Made by a program: the position numbers and the translations under genes
Assembly (NCBI GenBank): GCA_964016885.1
Contig: OZ024744.1
Location: forward strand, 18,476,001 to 18,540,000
DNA from: Eledone cirrhosa
Lineage: Eukaryota
Reading direction: 5' to 3'
Length of the DNA stretch: 64,000 nt
Notes under the pieces: generated by a model
Databases searched by the model: none
What the model was told of the DNA's origin: nothing
What the model saw: only the letters and a program-made list of their open reading frames with translations
In this document: positions 52,870-64,000 of the stretch, piece by piece
Numbering within the stretch: the stretch's first letter is position 1
How the letters are laid out: every line of letters starts with the position of its first letter

Positions 52870-55690
52870 TCACTGTATGTTTCTGTATGTCTGTTTCACT
52901 GTGTATGTCACTGTGTCTTTATGTATGTCTGTGTCACTCTGTATGTCACTGTATATTTCTGTATGTCTGTGTCACTGTGTATGTCACTGTATGTTTCTGT
53001 ATGTCTGTGTCACTGTGTACGTCACTGTGTGTTTCTGTATGTCTGTGTCACTGTATATGTCACTGTATCTTTGTGTATGCCTATGTCACTGTTTATGTCA
53101 CTGTATGTTTCTGTATGTCTGTTTCACTGTGTATGTCACTATATATTTGTGTATGTCTGTGTCACTCTGTATGTCACTGTGTGTTTCTGTATGTCTGTGT
53201 CACTATGTATGCCACTGTATGTTTGTGTTATCTGTGTCATTGTGTATGTCACTGGGTGTTTCTGTATGCCTGTGTCACTGTATGACACTGTGTGTTTCTG
53301 TATGTATGTATCACTGTGTATGTCACTGTGTGTTTCTGTATGTCTGTGTCACTATGTAAGTCATTGTATCTTTGTGTATGTCTGTGTCACTCTGTATGTC
53401 GTTGTGTGTTTCTGTATGTATGTGTCTCTGTGTGTGTCACTGTATATTTGTGTATGTATGTGTCACTGTGTATGTCACTGTGAGTTTATGTATGTCTGTG
53501 TCACTGTGTATGTCACTGTATGTCTATGTATATCTGTGTCACTGTCTATGTCACTGTATCTTTGTGTATGTCTGTATCACTGTGTATGTCACTGTGTGTT
53601 TATGTATGTCTGTGTCTCTGTGTATGTCACTGTATCTTTGCGTATGTCTGCGTCACTGTGTATGTCACTGTGTGTTTCTGTATGTCTGTGTCACTGTGTA
53701 TGTCACTGTATCTTTGTGTATGTCTATGCCACTGTGTATGTCACTGTATGTTTCTGTATGTATGTTTCACTGTGTATGTCACTAAATGTTTGTGTGTGTC
53801 TGTGTCTCTGTGTATGTCACTGTGTGTTTGCGTGTGTCTGTGTCACTGTGTATGTCACTGTGTGTTTCTGTATGTCTGTGTGACTGTGTATGTCACTGTT
53901 TCTTTGTGTATGTCTGTGTCACTGTGTGTGTTTCTGTATGTCTGTGTCACTATGTATGTCATTGCATCTTTGTGTATGTCTGTGTCACTCTGTATGTCAC
54001 TGTGTGTTTCTGCATGTCTGTGTCACTGTGTATGTCAATGTGTGTTCCTGTATGTCTGTGTCACTGTGTATGTCACTGTATGTTTCTGTATGTCTGTTTC
54101 ACTGTGTATATCACTGTGTGTTTCTGAATGTCTGTGTCACTGTATATGTCACTGTATCTTTGTGTATGCCTGTGTCACTGTCTATGTCACTGTATGTTTC
54201 TGTATGTCTGTTTCACTGTGTATGTCACTGTATATTTGTTTATGTCTGTGTCACTCTGTATGTCACTGTGTGTTTCTGTATGTCTGTGTCACTATGTATG
54301 CCACTGTATATTTGTGTATGTCTGTGTCACGGTGTATATCACTGTATGTTTTTGTATGTCTGTGTCACTGTGTATGTCACTGTATGTTTCTGTATGTCTG
54401 TGTCACTGTGTATATCAATGTGTGTTTCTGTATCTCTGTGTCACGGTGTATGTCACTGCATGTTCGTGTATGTCTGTGTGACTGTGTATGTCACTGTGTG
54501 TTTCTGTATGGCTGTGTCACTGTGTATGTCACTGTATCTTTGTGTATGTCTGTGTCACTGTGTATGTCACAGTGTGTTTCTGTATGTCTGTGTCACTGTC
54601 TATGTCACTGTATGTTTCTGAATGTCTGTGTCACTGTGTATGTCACTGTGTGTTTCTGTATGTCTGTGTCACGGTGTATGTCACTGTATGTTTGTGTGTG
54701 ACCGTGTCACTGTGTATGTCACTGTGTGTTTGTGTATGTCTGTGCCACTGTATGTTTCTGTATGTCTGTGTCACTGTGTATGTCACTGTGTGTTTCTGTA
54801 TGTCTGTGTCACTGTGTATGTCATTGTATCTTTGTGTATGTCTGTGTCACTGTGTATGTCACTGTATGTTTCTGTAAGTTTGTGTCACTGTGTATGTCAC
54901 TGTGTGTTTCTGTATGTCTGTGTCTCTGTGTATGTCACTGTATGTTTCTGTATGTCTGTGTCACTGTGTATGTCACTGTATCTTTCTGTATGTCTGTGTC
55001 ACTGTGTATGTCACTGTATGTTTCTTTATGTCTGTGTCACTGTGTATGTCACTGTATGTTTCTGTATGTCTGTGTCACTGTGTATGTCACTGTATCTTTG
55101 TGTATGTCTGTGTCCCTGTGTATGTCACTGTATGTTTCTGTATGTTTGTGTCACTGTGTATGTCACTGTGTGTTTCTGTATGTCTGTGTCACTGTGTATG
55201 TCACTGTGTGTTTCTGTATGTCTGTGTGACTGTGTATGTCACTGTGTGTTTGTGTATGTCTTTGTCACTGTATGTTTCTGTATGTCTGTGTCACTGTGTA
55301 TGTCACTGTGTGTTTCTGTATGTATGTGTCACCGTGTATGTCACTGTATCTTTGTGTATGCCTGTATCACTGTGTATGTCACTGTGTGTTTCTGTATGTT
55401 TGTGTCACTGTGTATGTCACTAAATGTTTGTGTGTGTCTGTGTCTCTGTGTATGTCACTGTGTGTTTGCGTGTGTCTGTGTCACTGTGTATGTCACTGTG
55501 TGTTTCTGTATGTCTGTGTGACTGTGTATGTCACTGTTTGTTTGTGTATGTCTGTGTCACTGTGTGTGTTTATGTATGTCTGTGTCACTGTGTATGTCAT
55601 TGCATCTTTGTGTATGTCTGTCTCACTCTGTATGTCACTGTGTGTTTCTGCATGTCTGTGTCACTGTGTATGTCACTGTGTGTTTCTGTA
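52870..55690. repeat. Dispersed (non-adjacent) copy of array segments about 33.7-35.2 kb and about 38.1-39.4 kb
   Basis: ORF pairs at +19,169/19,131 (34123/53292, 34655/53786) and +16,236/16,237 (38252/54488, 39187/55424). Rare markers TGTGTACGTCAC, TTTCTTTGTG, GTTCGTG and TGACCG are shared. Confidence 0.88.
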
Positions 55691-56916
55691 TATCTGTGTC
55701 TCTGTGTATGTCACTGTATCTTTGTGTATGTCTGGGTCACTGTGTATGTCACTGTATATTTGTGTATGTCTGTGACACGGTGTATATCACTGTATGTTTG
55801 TGTATGTCGGTGTCACTGTGTATGTCACTGTGTGTTTCTGTATGTCTGTGTCACTGTGTATATCAATGTGTGTTTCTGTATCTCTGTGTCACGGTGTATG
55901 TCACTGCATGTTTGTGTATGTCTGTGTGACTGTGTATGTCACTGTGTGTTTCTGTATGGCTGTGTCACTGTGTATGTCACTGTATCTTTGTGTATGTCTG
56001 TGTCACTGTGTATGTCACAGTGTGTTTCTGTATGTCTGTGTCACTGTCTATGTCACTGTATGTTTCTGAATGTCTGTGTCACTGTGTATGTCACTGTGTG
56101 TTTCTGTATGTCTGTGTCACGGTGTATGTCACTGTATGTTTGTGTGTGACTGTGTCACTGTGTATGTCACTGTGTGTTTGTGTATGTCTGTGTCACTGTA
56201 AGTTTATGTATGTCTGTGTCACTGTGTATGTCACTGTGTGTTTCTGGATGTCTGTGTCACTGTGTATGTCATTGTATCTTTGTGTATGTCTGTGTCACTG
56301 TGTATGTCACTGTATGTTTCTGTAAGTTTGTGTCACTGTGTATGTCACTGTGTGTTTCTGTATGTCTGTGTCTCTGTGTATGTCACTGTATGTTTCTGTA
56401 TATCTGTTTCACTGTGTATGTCACTGTGTCTTTATGTATGTCTGTGTCACTCTGTATGTCACTGTATATTTCTGTATGTCTGTGTCACTGTGTATATCAC
56501 TGTATGTTTCTGTATGTCTGTGTCACTGTGTATGTCACTGTGTGTTTCTGTATGGCTGTGTCACTGTGTATGTCACAGTGTGTTCCTGTATGTCTGTGTC
56601 ACTGTCTATGTCACTGTATGTTTCTGAATGTCTGTGTCACTGTGTATGTCACTGTGTGTTTGTGTATGTCTGTGTCACTGTATGTTTCTGTATGTCTGTG
56701 TCACTGTGTATGTCATTGTATCTTTGTGTATGTCTGTGTCACTGTGTATGTCACTGTATGTTTCTGTAAGTTTGTGTCACTGTGTATGTCACTGTGTGTT
56801 TCTGTATGTCTGTGTCTCTGTGTATGTCACTGTATGTTTCTGTATGTCTGTTTCACTGTGTATGTCACTGTGTCTTTATGTATGTCTGTGTCACTCTCTA
56901 TGTCACTGTATATTTC

Positions 56917-59900
56917 TGTATGTCTGTGTCACTGTGTATATCACTGTATGTTTCTGTATGTCTGTGTCACTGTGTATGTCACTGTGTGTTTCTGTATGGC
57001 TGTGTCACTGTGTATGTCACTGTATCTTTGTGTATGTCTGTGTCACTGTGTATGTCACAGTGTGTTTCTGTATGTCTGTGTCACTGTCTATGTCACTGTA
57101 TGTTTCTGAATGTCTGTGTCAGTGTGTATGTCACTGTGTGTTTGTGTATGTCTGTGTCACTGTATGTTTCTGTATGTCTGTGTCACTGTGTATGTCACTG
57201 TGTGTTTCTGTATGTCTGTGTCACTGTGTATGACATTGTATCTTTGTGTATGTCTGTGTCACTGTGTATGTCACTGTATGTTTCTGTATGTTTGTGTCTC
57301 AGTGTATGTCACTGTATGTTTCTGTATGTCTGTTTCACTGTGTATGTCACGGTGTCTTTATGTATGTCTGTGTCACTCTGTATGTCACTGTATATTTCTG
57401 TATGTCTGTGTCACTGTGTATGTCACTGTATGTTTCTGTATGTCTGTGTCACTGTGTATGTCACTGTATGCTTCTGTATGTCTGTGTCACTGTGTATGTC
57501 ACTGTATCTTTGTGTATGTCTGTGTCCCTGTGTATGTCACTGTATGTTTCTGTATGTTTGTGTCACTGTGTATGTCACTGTGTGTTTCTGTATGTCTGTG
57601 TCACTGTGTATGTCACTGTGTGTTTCTGTATGTTTGTGTCACTGTGTATGTCACTAAATGTTTGTGTGTGTCTGTGTCTCTGTGTATGTCACTGTTTGTT
57701 TGCGTGTGTCTGTGTCACTGTGTATGTCACTGTGTGTTTCTGTATGTCTGTGTGACTGTCTATGTCACTGTGTGTTTCTGTATGTTTGTGTCACTGTGTA
57801 TGTCACTAAATGTTTGTGTGTGTCTGTGTCTCTGTGTATGTCACTGTTTGTTTGCGTGTGTCTGTGTCACTGTGTATGTCACTGTATGTTTCTGTATGTC
57901 TGTGTCACTTTGTATGTCACTGTGTGTTTCTGTATGTATGTGTCACCGTGTATGTCACTGTATCTTTGTGTATGCCTGTGTCACTGTGTATGTCACTGTG
58001 TGTTTCTGTATGTTTGTGTCACTGTCTATGTCACTAAATGTTTGTGTGTGTCTGTGTCACTGTGTATGTCACTGTATGTTTCTGTATGTCTCTTTCACTG
58101 TGTATATCACTGTGTGTTTCTGTATGTCTGTGTCACTGTATATGTCACTGTATCTTTGTGTATGCCTGTGTCACTGTCTATGTCACTGTATGTTTCTGTA
58201 TGTCTGTTTCACTGTGTATGTCACTGTATATTTGTGTATGTCTGTGTCACTCTGTATATCACTGTGTGTTTCTGTATGTCTGTGTCACTATGTATGCCAC
58301 TGTGTATTTGTGTTGTCTGTGTCATTGTGTATGTCACTGGATGTTTCTGTATGTCTGTGTCACTGTGTATGACACTGTGTCTTTCTGTATGTATGTATCA
58401 CTGTGTATGTCACTGTGTGTATCTGTATGTCGGTGTCACTGTGTAAGTCATTGTATATTTGTGTATGTCTGTGGCACTCTGTATGTCGTTGTGTGTTTCT
58501 GTATGTATGTGTCTCTGTGTATGTCACTGTATATTTGTGTATGTATGTGTCACTGTGTATGTCACTGTGAGTTTCTCTATGTCTGTGTCACTGTGTATGT
58601 CACTGTATGTCTCTGTATGTCTGTGTCACTGTCTATGTCACTGTATCTTTGTGTATGTCTGTGTCACTGTGTATGTCACTGTGTGTTTCTGTATGTCTGT
58701 GTCACTGTGTATGTCACAGTTTGTTTCTGTATATATGTGTCTCTGTGTATGTCACTGTAGTTTTGTGTATGTCTGTGTCACTGTGTGTTTCTGTATGTAT
58801 GTGTCACTGTGTATGTCACTGTATGTTTCTGTATGTCTGTGTCACTGTGTATGTCACTGTTTGTTTCTGTATGTATGTGTCACTGTGTATGTCACCGTAT
58901 GTGTGTGTATGTCTGTGTCACGGTGTATGTCACTGTATCTTAGTGTATGCCTGTGTCACTGTGTATGTCACTGTGAGTTTCTGTATGTCTGTGTCTCTGT
59001 GTATGTCACTGTATCTTTGTGCATGTATGTGTCACTGTGTATGTCACTGTATGTTTCTGTATGTCTGTGTCACTGTGTATATCACTGTGTGTTTCTGTAT
59101 ATCTGTGTCTCTGTGTATGTCACTGTATCTTTGTGTATGTCTGGGTCACTGTGTATGTCACTGTATATTTGTGTATGTCTGTGACACGGTGTATATCACT
59201 GTATGTTTGTGTATGTCTGTGTCACTGTGTATGTCACTGTGTGTTTCTGTATGTCTGTCTCACTGTGTATATCAATGTGTGTTTCTGTATCTCTGTGTCA
59301 CGGTGTATGTCACTGCATGTTTGTGTATGTCTGTGTGACTGTGTATGTCACTGTGTGTTTCTGTATGGCTGTGTCACTGTGTATGTCACTGTATCTTTGT
59401 GTATGTCTGTGTCACTGTGTATGTCACAGTGTGTTTCTGTATGTCTGTGTCACTGTCTATGTCACTGTATGTTTCTGAATGTCTGTGTCACTGTGTATGT
59501 CACTGTGTGTTTCTGTATGTCTGTGTCAGGTGTATGTCACTGTATGTTTGTGTGTGACTGTGTCACTGTGTATGTCACTGTGTGTTTGTGTATGTCTGTG
59601 TCACTGTAAGTTTCTGTATGTCTGTGTCACTGTGTATGTCACTGTGTGTTTCTGGATGTCTGTGTCACTGTGTATGTCATTGTATCTTTGTGTATGTCTG
59701 TGTCACTGTGTATGTCACTGTATGTTTCTGTAAGTTTGTGTCACTGTGTATGTCACTGTGTGTTTCTGTATGGCTGTGTCACTGTGTATGTCACAGTGTG
59801 TTTCTGTATGTCTGTGTCACTGTCTATGTCACTGTATGTTTCTGAATGTCTGTGTCACTGTGTATGTCACTGTGTGTTTGTGTATGTCTGTGTCACTGTA

Positions 59901-62900
59901 TGTTTCTGTATGTCTGTGTCACTGTGTATGTCATTGTATCTTTGTGTATGTCTGTGTCACTGTGTATATCACTGTATGTTTCTGTATGTCTGTGTCACTG
60001 TGTATGTCACTGTGTGTTTCTGTATGGCTGTGTCACTGTGTATGTCACTGTATCTTTGTGTATGTCTGTGTCACTGTGTATGTCACAGTGTGTTTCTGTA
60101 TGTCTGTGTCACTGTCTATGTCACTGTATGTTTCTGAATGTCTGTGTCAGTGTGTATGTCACTGTGTGTTTGTGTATGTCTGTGTCACTGTATGTTTCTG
60201 TATGTCTGTGTCACTGTGTATGTCACTGTGTGTTTCTGTATGTCTGTGTCACTGTGTATGACATTGTATCTTTGTGTATGTCTGTGTCACTGTGTATGTC
60301 ACTGTATGTTTCTGTATGTTTGTGTCTCAGTGTATGTCACTGTATGTTTCTGTATGTCTGTTTCACTGTGTATGTCACGGTGTCTTTATGTATGTCTGTG
60401 TCACTCTGTATGTCACTGTATATTTCTGTATGTCTGTGTCACTGTGTATGTCACTGTATGTTTCTGTATGTCTGTGTCACTGTGTATGTCACTGTATGCT
60501 TCTGTATGTCTGTGTCACTGTGTATGTCACTGTATCTTTGTGTATGTCTGTGTCCCTGTGTATGTCACTGTATGTTTCTGTATGTTTGTGTCACTGTGTA
60601 TGTCACTGTGTGTTTCTGTATGTCTGTGTCACTGTGTATGTCACTGTGTGTTTCTGTATGTTTGTGTCACTGTGTATGTCACTAAATGTTTGTGTGTGTC
60701 TGTGTCTCTGTGTATGTCACTGTTTGTTTGCGTGTGTCTGTGTCACTGTGTATGTCACTGTGTGTTTCTGTATGTCTGTGTGACTGTCTATGTCACTGTG
60801 TGTTTCTGTATGTTTGTGTCACTGTGTATGTCACTAAATGTTTGTGTGTGTCTGTGTCTCTGTGTATGTCACTGTTTGTTTGCGTGTGTCTGTGTCACTG
60901 TGTATGTCACTGTATGTTTCTGTATGTCTGTGTCACTTTGTATGTCACTGTGTGTTTCTGTATGTATGTGTCACCGTGTATGTCACTGTATCTTTGTGTA
61001 TGCCTGTGTCACTGTGTATGTCACTGTGTGTTTCTGTATGTTTGTGTCACTGTCTATGTCACTAAATGTTTGTGTGTGTCTGTGTCACTGTGTATGTCAC
61101 TGTATGTTTCTGTATGTCTCTTTCACTGTGTATATCACTGTGTGTTTCTGTATGTCTGTGTCACTGTATATGTCACTGTATCTTTGTGTATGCCTGTGTC
61201 ACTGTCTATGTCACTGTATGTTTCTGTATGTCTGTTTCACTGTGTATGTCACTGTATATTTGTGTATGTCTGTGTCACTCTGTATATCACTGTGTGTTTC
61301 TGTATGTCTGTGTCACTATGTATGCCACTGTGTATTTGTGTTGTCTGTGTCATTGTGTATGTCACTGGATGTTTCTGTATGTCTGTGTCACTGTGTATGA
61401 CACTGTGTCTTTCTGTATGTATGTATCACTGTGTATGTCACTGTGTGTATCTGTATGTCGGTGTCACTGTGTAAGTCATTGTATATTTGTGTATGTCTGT
61501 GGCACTCTGTATGTCGTTGTGTGTTTCTGTATGTATGTGTCTCTGTGTATGTCACTGTATATTTGTGTATGTATGTGTCACTGTGTATGTCACTGTGAGT
61601 TTCTCTATGTCTGTGTCACTGTGTATGTCACTGTATGTCTCTGTATGTCTGTGTCACTGTCTATGTCACTGTATCTTTGTGTATGTCTGTGTCACTGTGT
61701 ATGTCACTGTGTGTTTCTGTATGTCTGTGTCACTGTGTATGTCACAGTTTGTTTCTGTATATATGTGTCTCTGTGTATGTCACTGTAGTTTTGTGTATGT
61801 CTGTGTCACTGTGTGTTTCTGTATGTATGTGTCACTGTGTATGTCACTGTATGTTTCTGTATGTCTGTGTCACTGTGTATGTCACTGTTTGTTTCTGTAT
61901 GTATGTGTCACTGTGTATGTCACCGTATGTGTGTGTATGTCTGTGTCACGGTGTATGTCACTGTATCTTAGTGTATGCCTGTGTCACTGTGTATGTCACT
62001 GTGAGTTTCTGTATGTCTGTGTCTCTGTGTATGTCACTGTATCTTTGTGCATGTATGTGTCACTGTGTATGTCACTGTATGTTTCTGTATGTCTGTGTCA
62101 CTGTGTATATCACTGTGTGTTTCTGTATATCTGTGTCTCTGTGTATGTCACTGTATCTTTGTGTATGTCTGGGTCACTGTGTATGTCACTGTATATTTGT
62201 GTATGTCTGTGACACGGTGTATATCACTGTATGTTTGTGTATGTCTGTGTCACTGTGTATGTCACTGTGTGTTTCTGTATGTCTGTCTCACTGTGTATAT
62301 CAATGTGTGTTTCTGTATCTCTGTGTCACGGTGTATGTCACTGCATGTTTGTGTATGTCTGTGTGACTGTGTATGTCACTGTGTGTTTCTGTATGGCTGT
62401 GTCACTGTGTATGTCACTGTATCTTTGTGTATGTCTGTGTCACTGTGTATGTCACAGTGTGTTTCTGTATGTCTGTGTCACTGTCTATGTCACTGTATGT
62501 TTCTGAATGTCTGTGTCACTGTGTATGTCACTGTGTGTTTCTGTATGTCTGTGTCAGGTGTATGTCACTGTATGTTTGTGTGTGACTGTGTCACTGTGTA
62601 TGTCACTGTGTGTTTGTGTATGTCTGTGTCACTGTAAGTTTCTGTATGTCTGTGTCACTGTGTATGTCACTGTGTGTTTCTGGATGTCTGTGTCACTGTG
62701 TATGTCATTGTATCTTTGTGTATGTCTGTGTCACTGTGTATGTCACTGTATGTTTCTGTAAGTTTGTGTCACTGTGTATGTCACTGTGTGTTTCTGTATG
62801 GCTGTGTCACTGTGTATGTCACAGTGTGTTTCTGTATGTCTGTGTCACTGTCTATGTCACTGTATGTTTCTGAATGTCTGTGTCACTGTGTATGTCACTG

Positions 62901-62982
62901 TGTGTTTGTGTATGTCTGTGTCACTGTATGTTTCTGTATGTCTGTGTCACTGTGTATGTCATTGTATCTTTGTGTATGTCTG
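56917..62982. repeat. 3,028 bp near-perfect tandem duplication (2.0 copies)
   Basis: Identical ORFs at +3,028 (57110/60138, 58459/61487, 59582/62610). Private markers CACTGGATG (about 58335/61363) and GTCAGGTG (about 59525/62553) occur only in these two copies. Confidence 0.96.
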
Positions 62983-64000
62983 CGTCACTGTGTATGTCAC
63001 TGTATGTTTCTGTAAGTTTGTGTCACTGTGTATGTCACTGTGAGTTTCTGTATGTCTGTGTCTCTGTGTATGTCACTGTATGTTTCTGTATGTCTGTTTC
63101 ACTGTGTATGTCACTGTGTCTTTATGTATGTCTGTGTCACTCTCTATGTCACTGTATATTTCTGTATGTCTGTGTCACTGTGTATATCACTGTATGTTTC
63201 TGTATGTCTGTGTCACTGTGTATGTCACTGTGTGTTTCTGTATGGCTGTGTCACTGTGTATGTCACTGTATCTTTGTGTATGTCTGTGTCACTGTGTATG
63301 TCACAGTGTGTTTCTGTATGTCTGTGTCACTGTCTATGTCACTGTATGTTTCTGAATGTCTGTGTCAGTGTGTATGTCACTGTGTGTTTGTGTATGTCTG
63401 TGTCACTGTATGTTTCTGTATGTCTGTGTCACTGTGTATGTCACTGTGTGTTTCTGTATGTTTGTGTCACTGTGTATGACATTGTATCTTTGTGTATGTC
63501 TGTGTCACTGTGTATGTCACTGTATGTTTCTGTATGTTTGTGTCACTGTGTATGTCACTGTGTGTTTCTGTATGTTTGTGTCTCAGTGTATGTCACTGTA
63601 TGTTTCTGTATGTCTGTTTCACTGTGTATGTCACGGTGTCTTTATGTATGTCTGTGTCACTCTGTATGTCACTGTATATTTCTGTATGTCTGTGTCACTG
63701 TGTATGTCACTGTATGCTTCTGTATGTCTGTGTCACTGTGTATGTCACTGTATCTTTGTGTATGTCTGTGTCCCTGTGTATGTCACTGTATGTTTCTGTA
63801 TGTTTGTGTCACTGTGTATGTCACTGTGTGTTTCTGTATGTCTGTGTCACTGTGTATGTCACTGTGTGTTTCTGTATGTTTGTGTCACTGTGTATGTCAC
63901 TAAATGTTTGTGTGTGTCTGTGTCTCTGTGTATGTCACTGTTTGTTTGCGTGTGTCTGTGTCACTGTGTATGTCACTGTGTGTTTCTGTATGTCTGTGTG

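Larger units (their letters stand above)
1..64000. repeat. Tandem satellite/minisatellite array, 38 bp monomer (TGTCACTGTGTATGTCACTGT[A/G]T[G/C/A]TTT[C/G]TGTATGTCTG), about 1,700 copies, with interspersed 26 bp and 28 bp short monomers
   Basis: TGTCAC recurs at alternating 12 and 26 bp spacing from the first line to the last, in the same orientation throughout. No unique sequence was seen. Consensus composition is 18 T, 9 G, 6 C, 5 A, with no CpG. The array runs off both window edges. Confidence 0.99.

Noticed and set aside
12-63903. Long + strand ORFs (up to 1,043 aa) rich in Cys/Val/His, superficially metallothionein-, keratin-associated- or zinc-finger-like
   Set aside because: All three frames are open at once and give the same peptides, because the 38 bp consensus lacks stop codons and 38 is not a multiple of 3. 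Frameshifting 26, 28 and 37 bp monomers are tolerated. There is no domain structure, and HCVCHC motifs are just translated TGTCAC repeats.
1-64000. CRISPR array (repeat about 38 bp)
   Set aside because: Monomers are directly adjacent with no unique spacers, no leader and no cas genes.
1-64000. Telomeric repeat or G-quadruplex array
   Set aside because: It is TG-rich but has almost no GG runs (only sporadic TGGG variants). Kb-scale duplicated variant patterns indicate recombination rather than telomerase synthesis. A subtelomeric location cannot be excluded.
1-64000. Assignment to a named satellite family, species or centromere
   Set aside because: I do not recognise the monomer with confidence. 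A Dfam/Repbase/BLAST search and CENP-A or FISH data would be needed.

Overview
The whole 64 kb window is one uninterrupted, single-orientation tandem satellite array. It contains no credible genes, RNA genes, transposons or CRISPR array. The monomer is 38 bp (consensus TGTCACTGTGTA-TGTCACTGTATGTTTCTGTATGTCTG, a 12 bp plus a 26 bp subunit), present in roughly 1,700 copies. It is T/G-rich on the + strand, CpG-free in consensus, and looks derived from a (TG)n microsatellite. All ORFs in the track are repeat artefacts. The real structure is a nested duplication hierarchy. A near-perfect 4,543 bp higher-order repeat (HOR) covers 1-21,570 (about 4.75 copies), and one alternating SNP implies a 9,086 bp super-unit. 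A 7,259 bp duplication (about 23.3-38.0 kb) cuts through an older ~1.95 kb duplication. Further duplications have periods of 4,308/4,611, ~1.36 kb and 3,028 bp, and a 16-19 kb long-range relic lies at about 52.9-55.7 kb. The most unusual sequence-level observation is that one monomer, read on the minus strand, is CACAGTG + 22 bp + ACAGAAACA, which has the layout of a V(D)J recombination signal. Whether that is functional or coincidental is untested. The organism is probably a eukaryote but cannot be identified from this sequence. Periods come from ORF-track offsets and spot checks by eye, so block boundaries are approximate (tens of bp).
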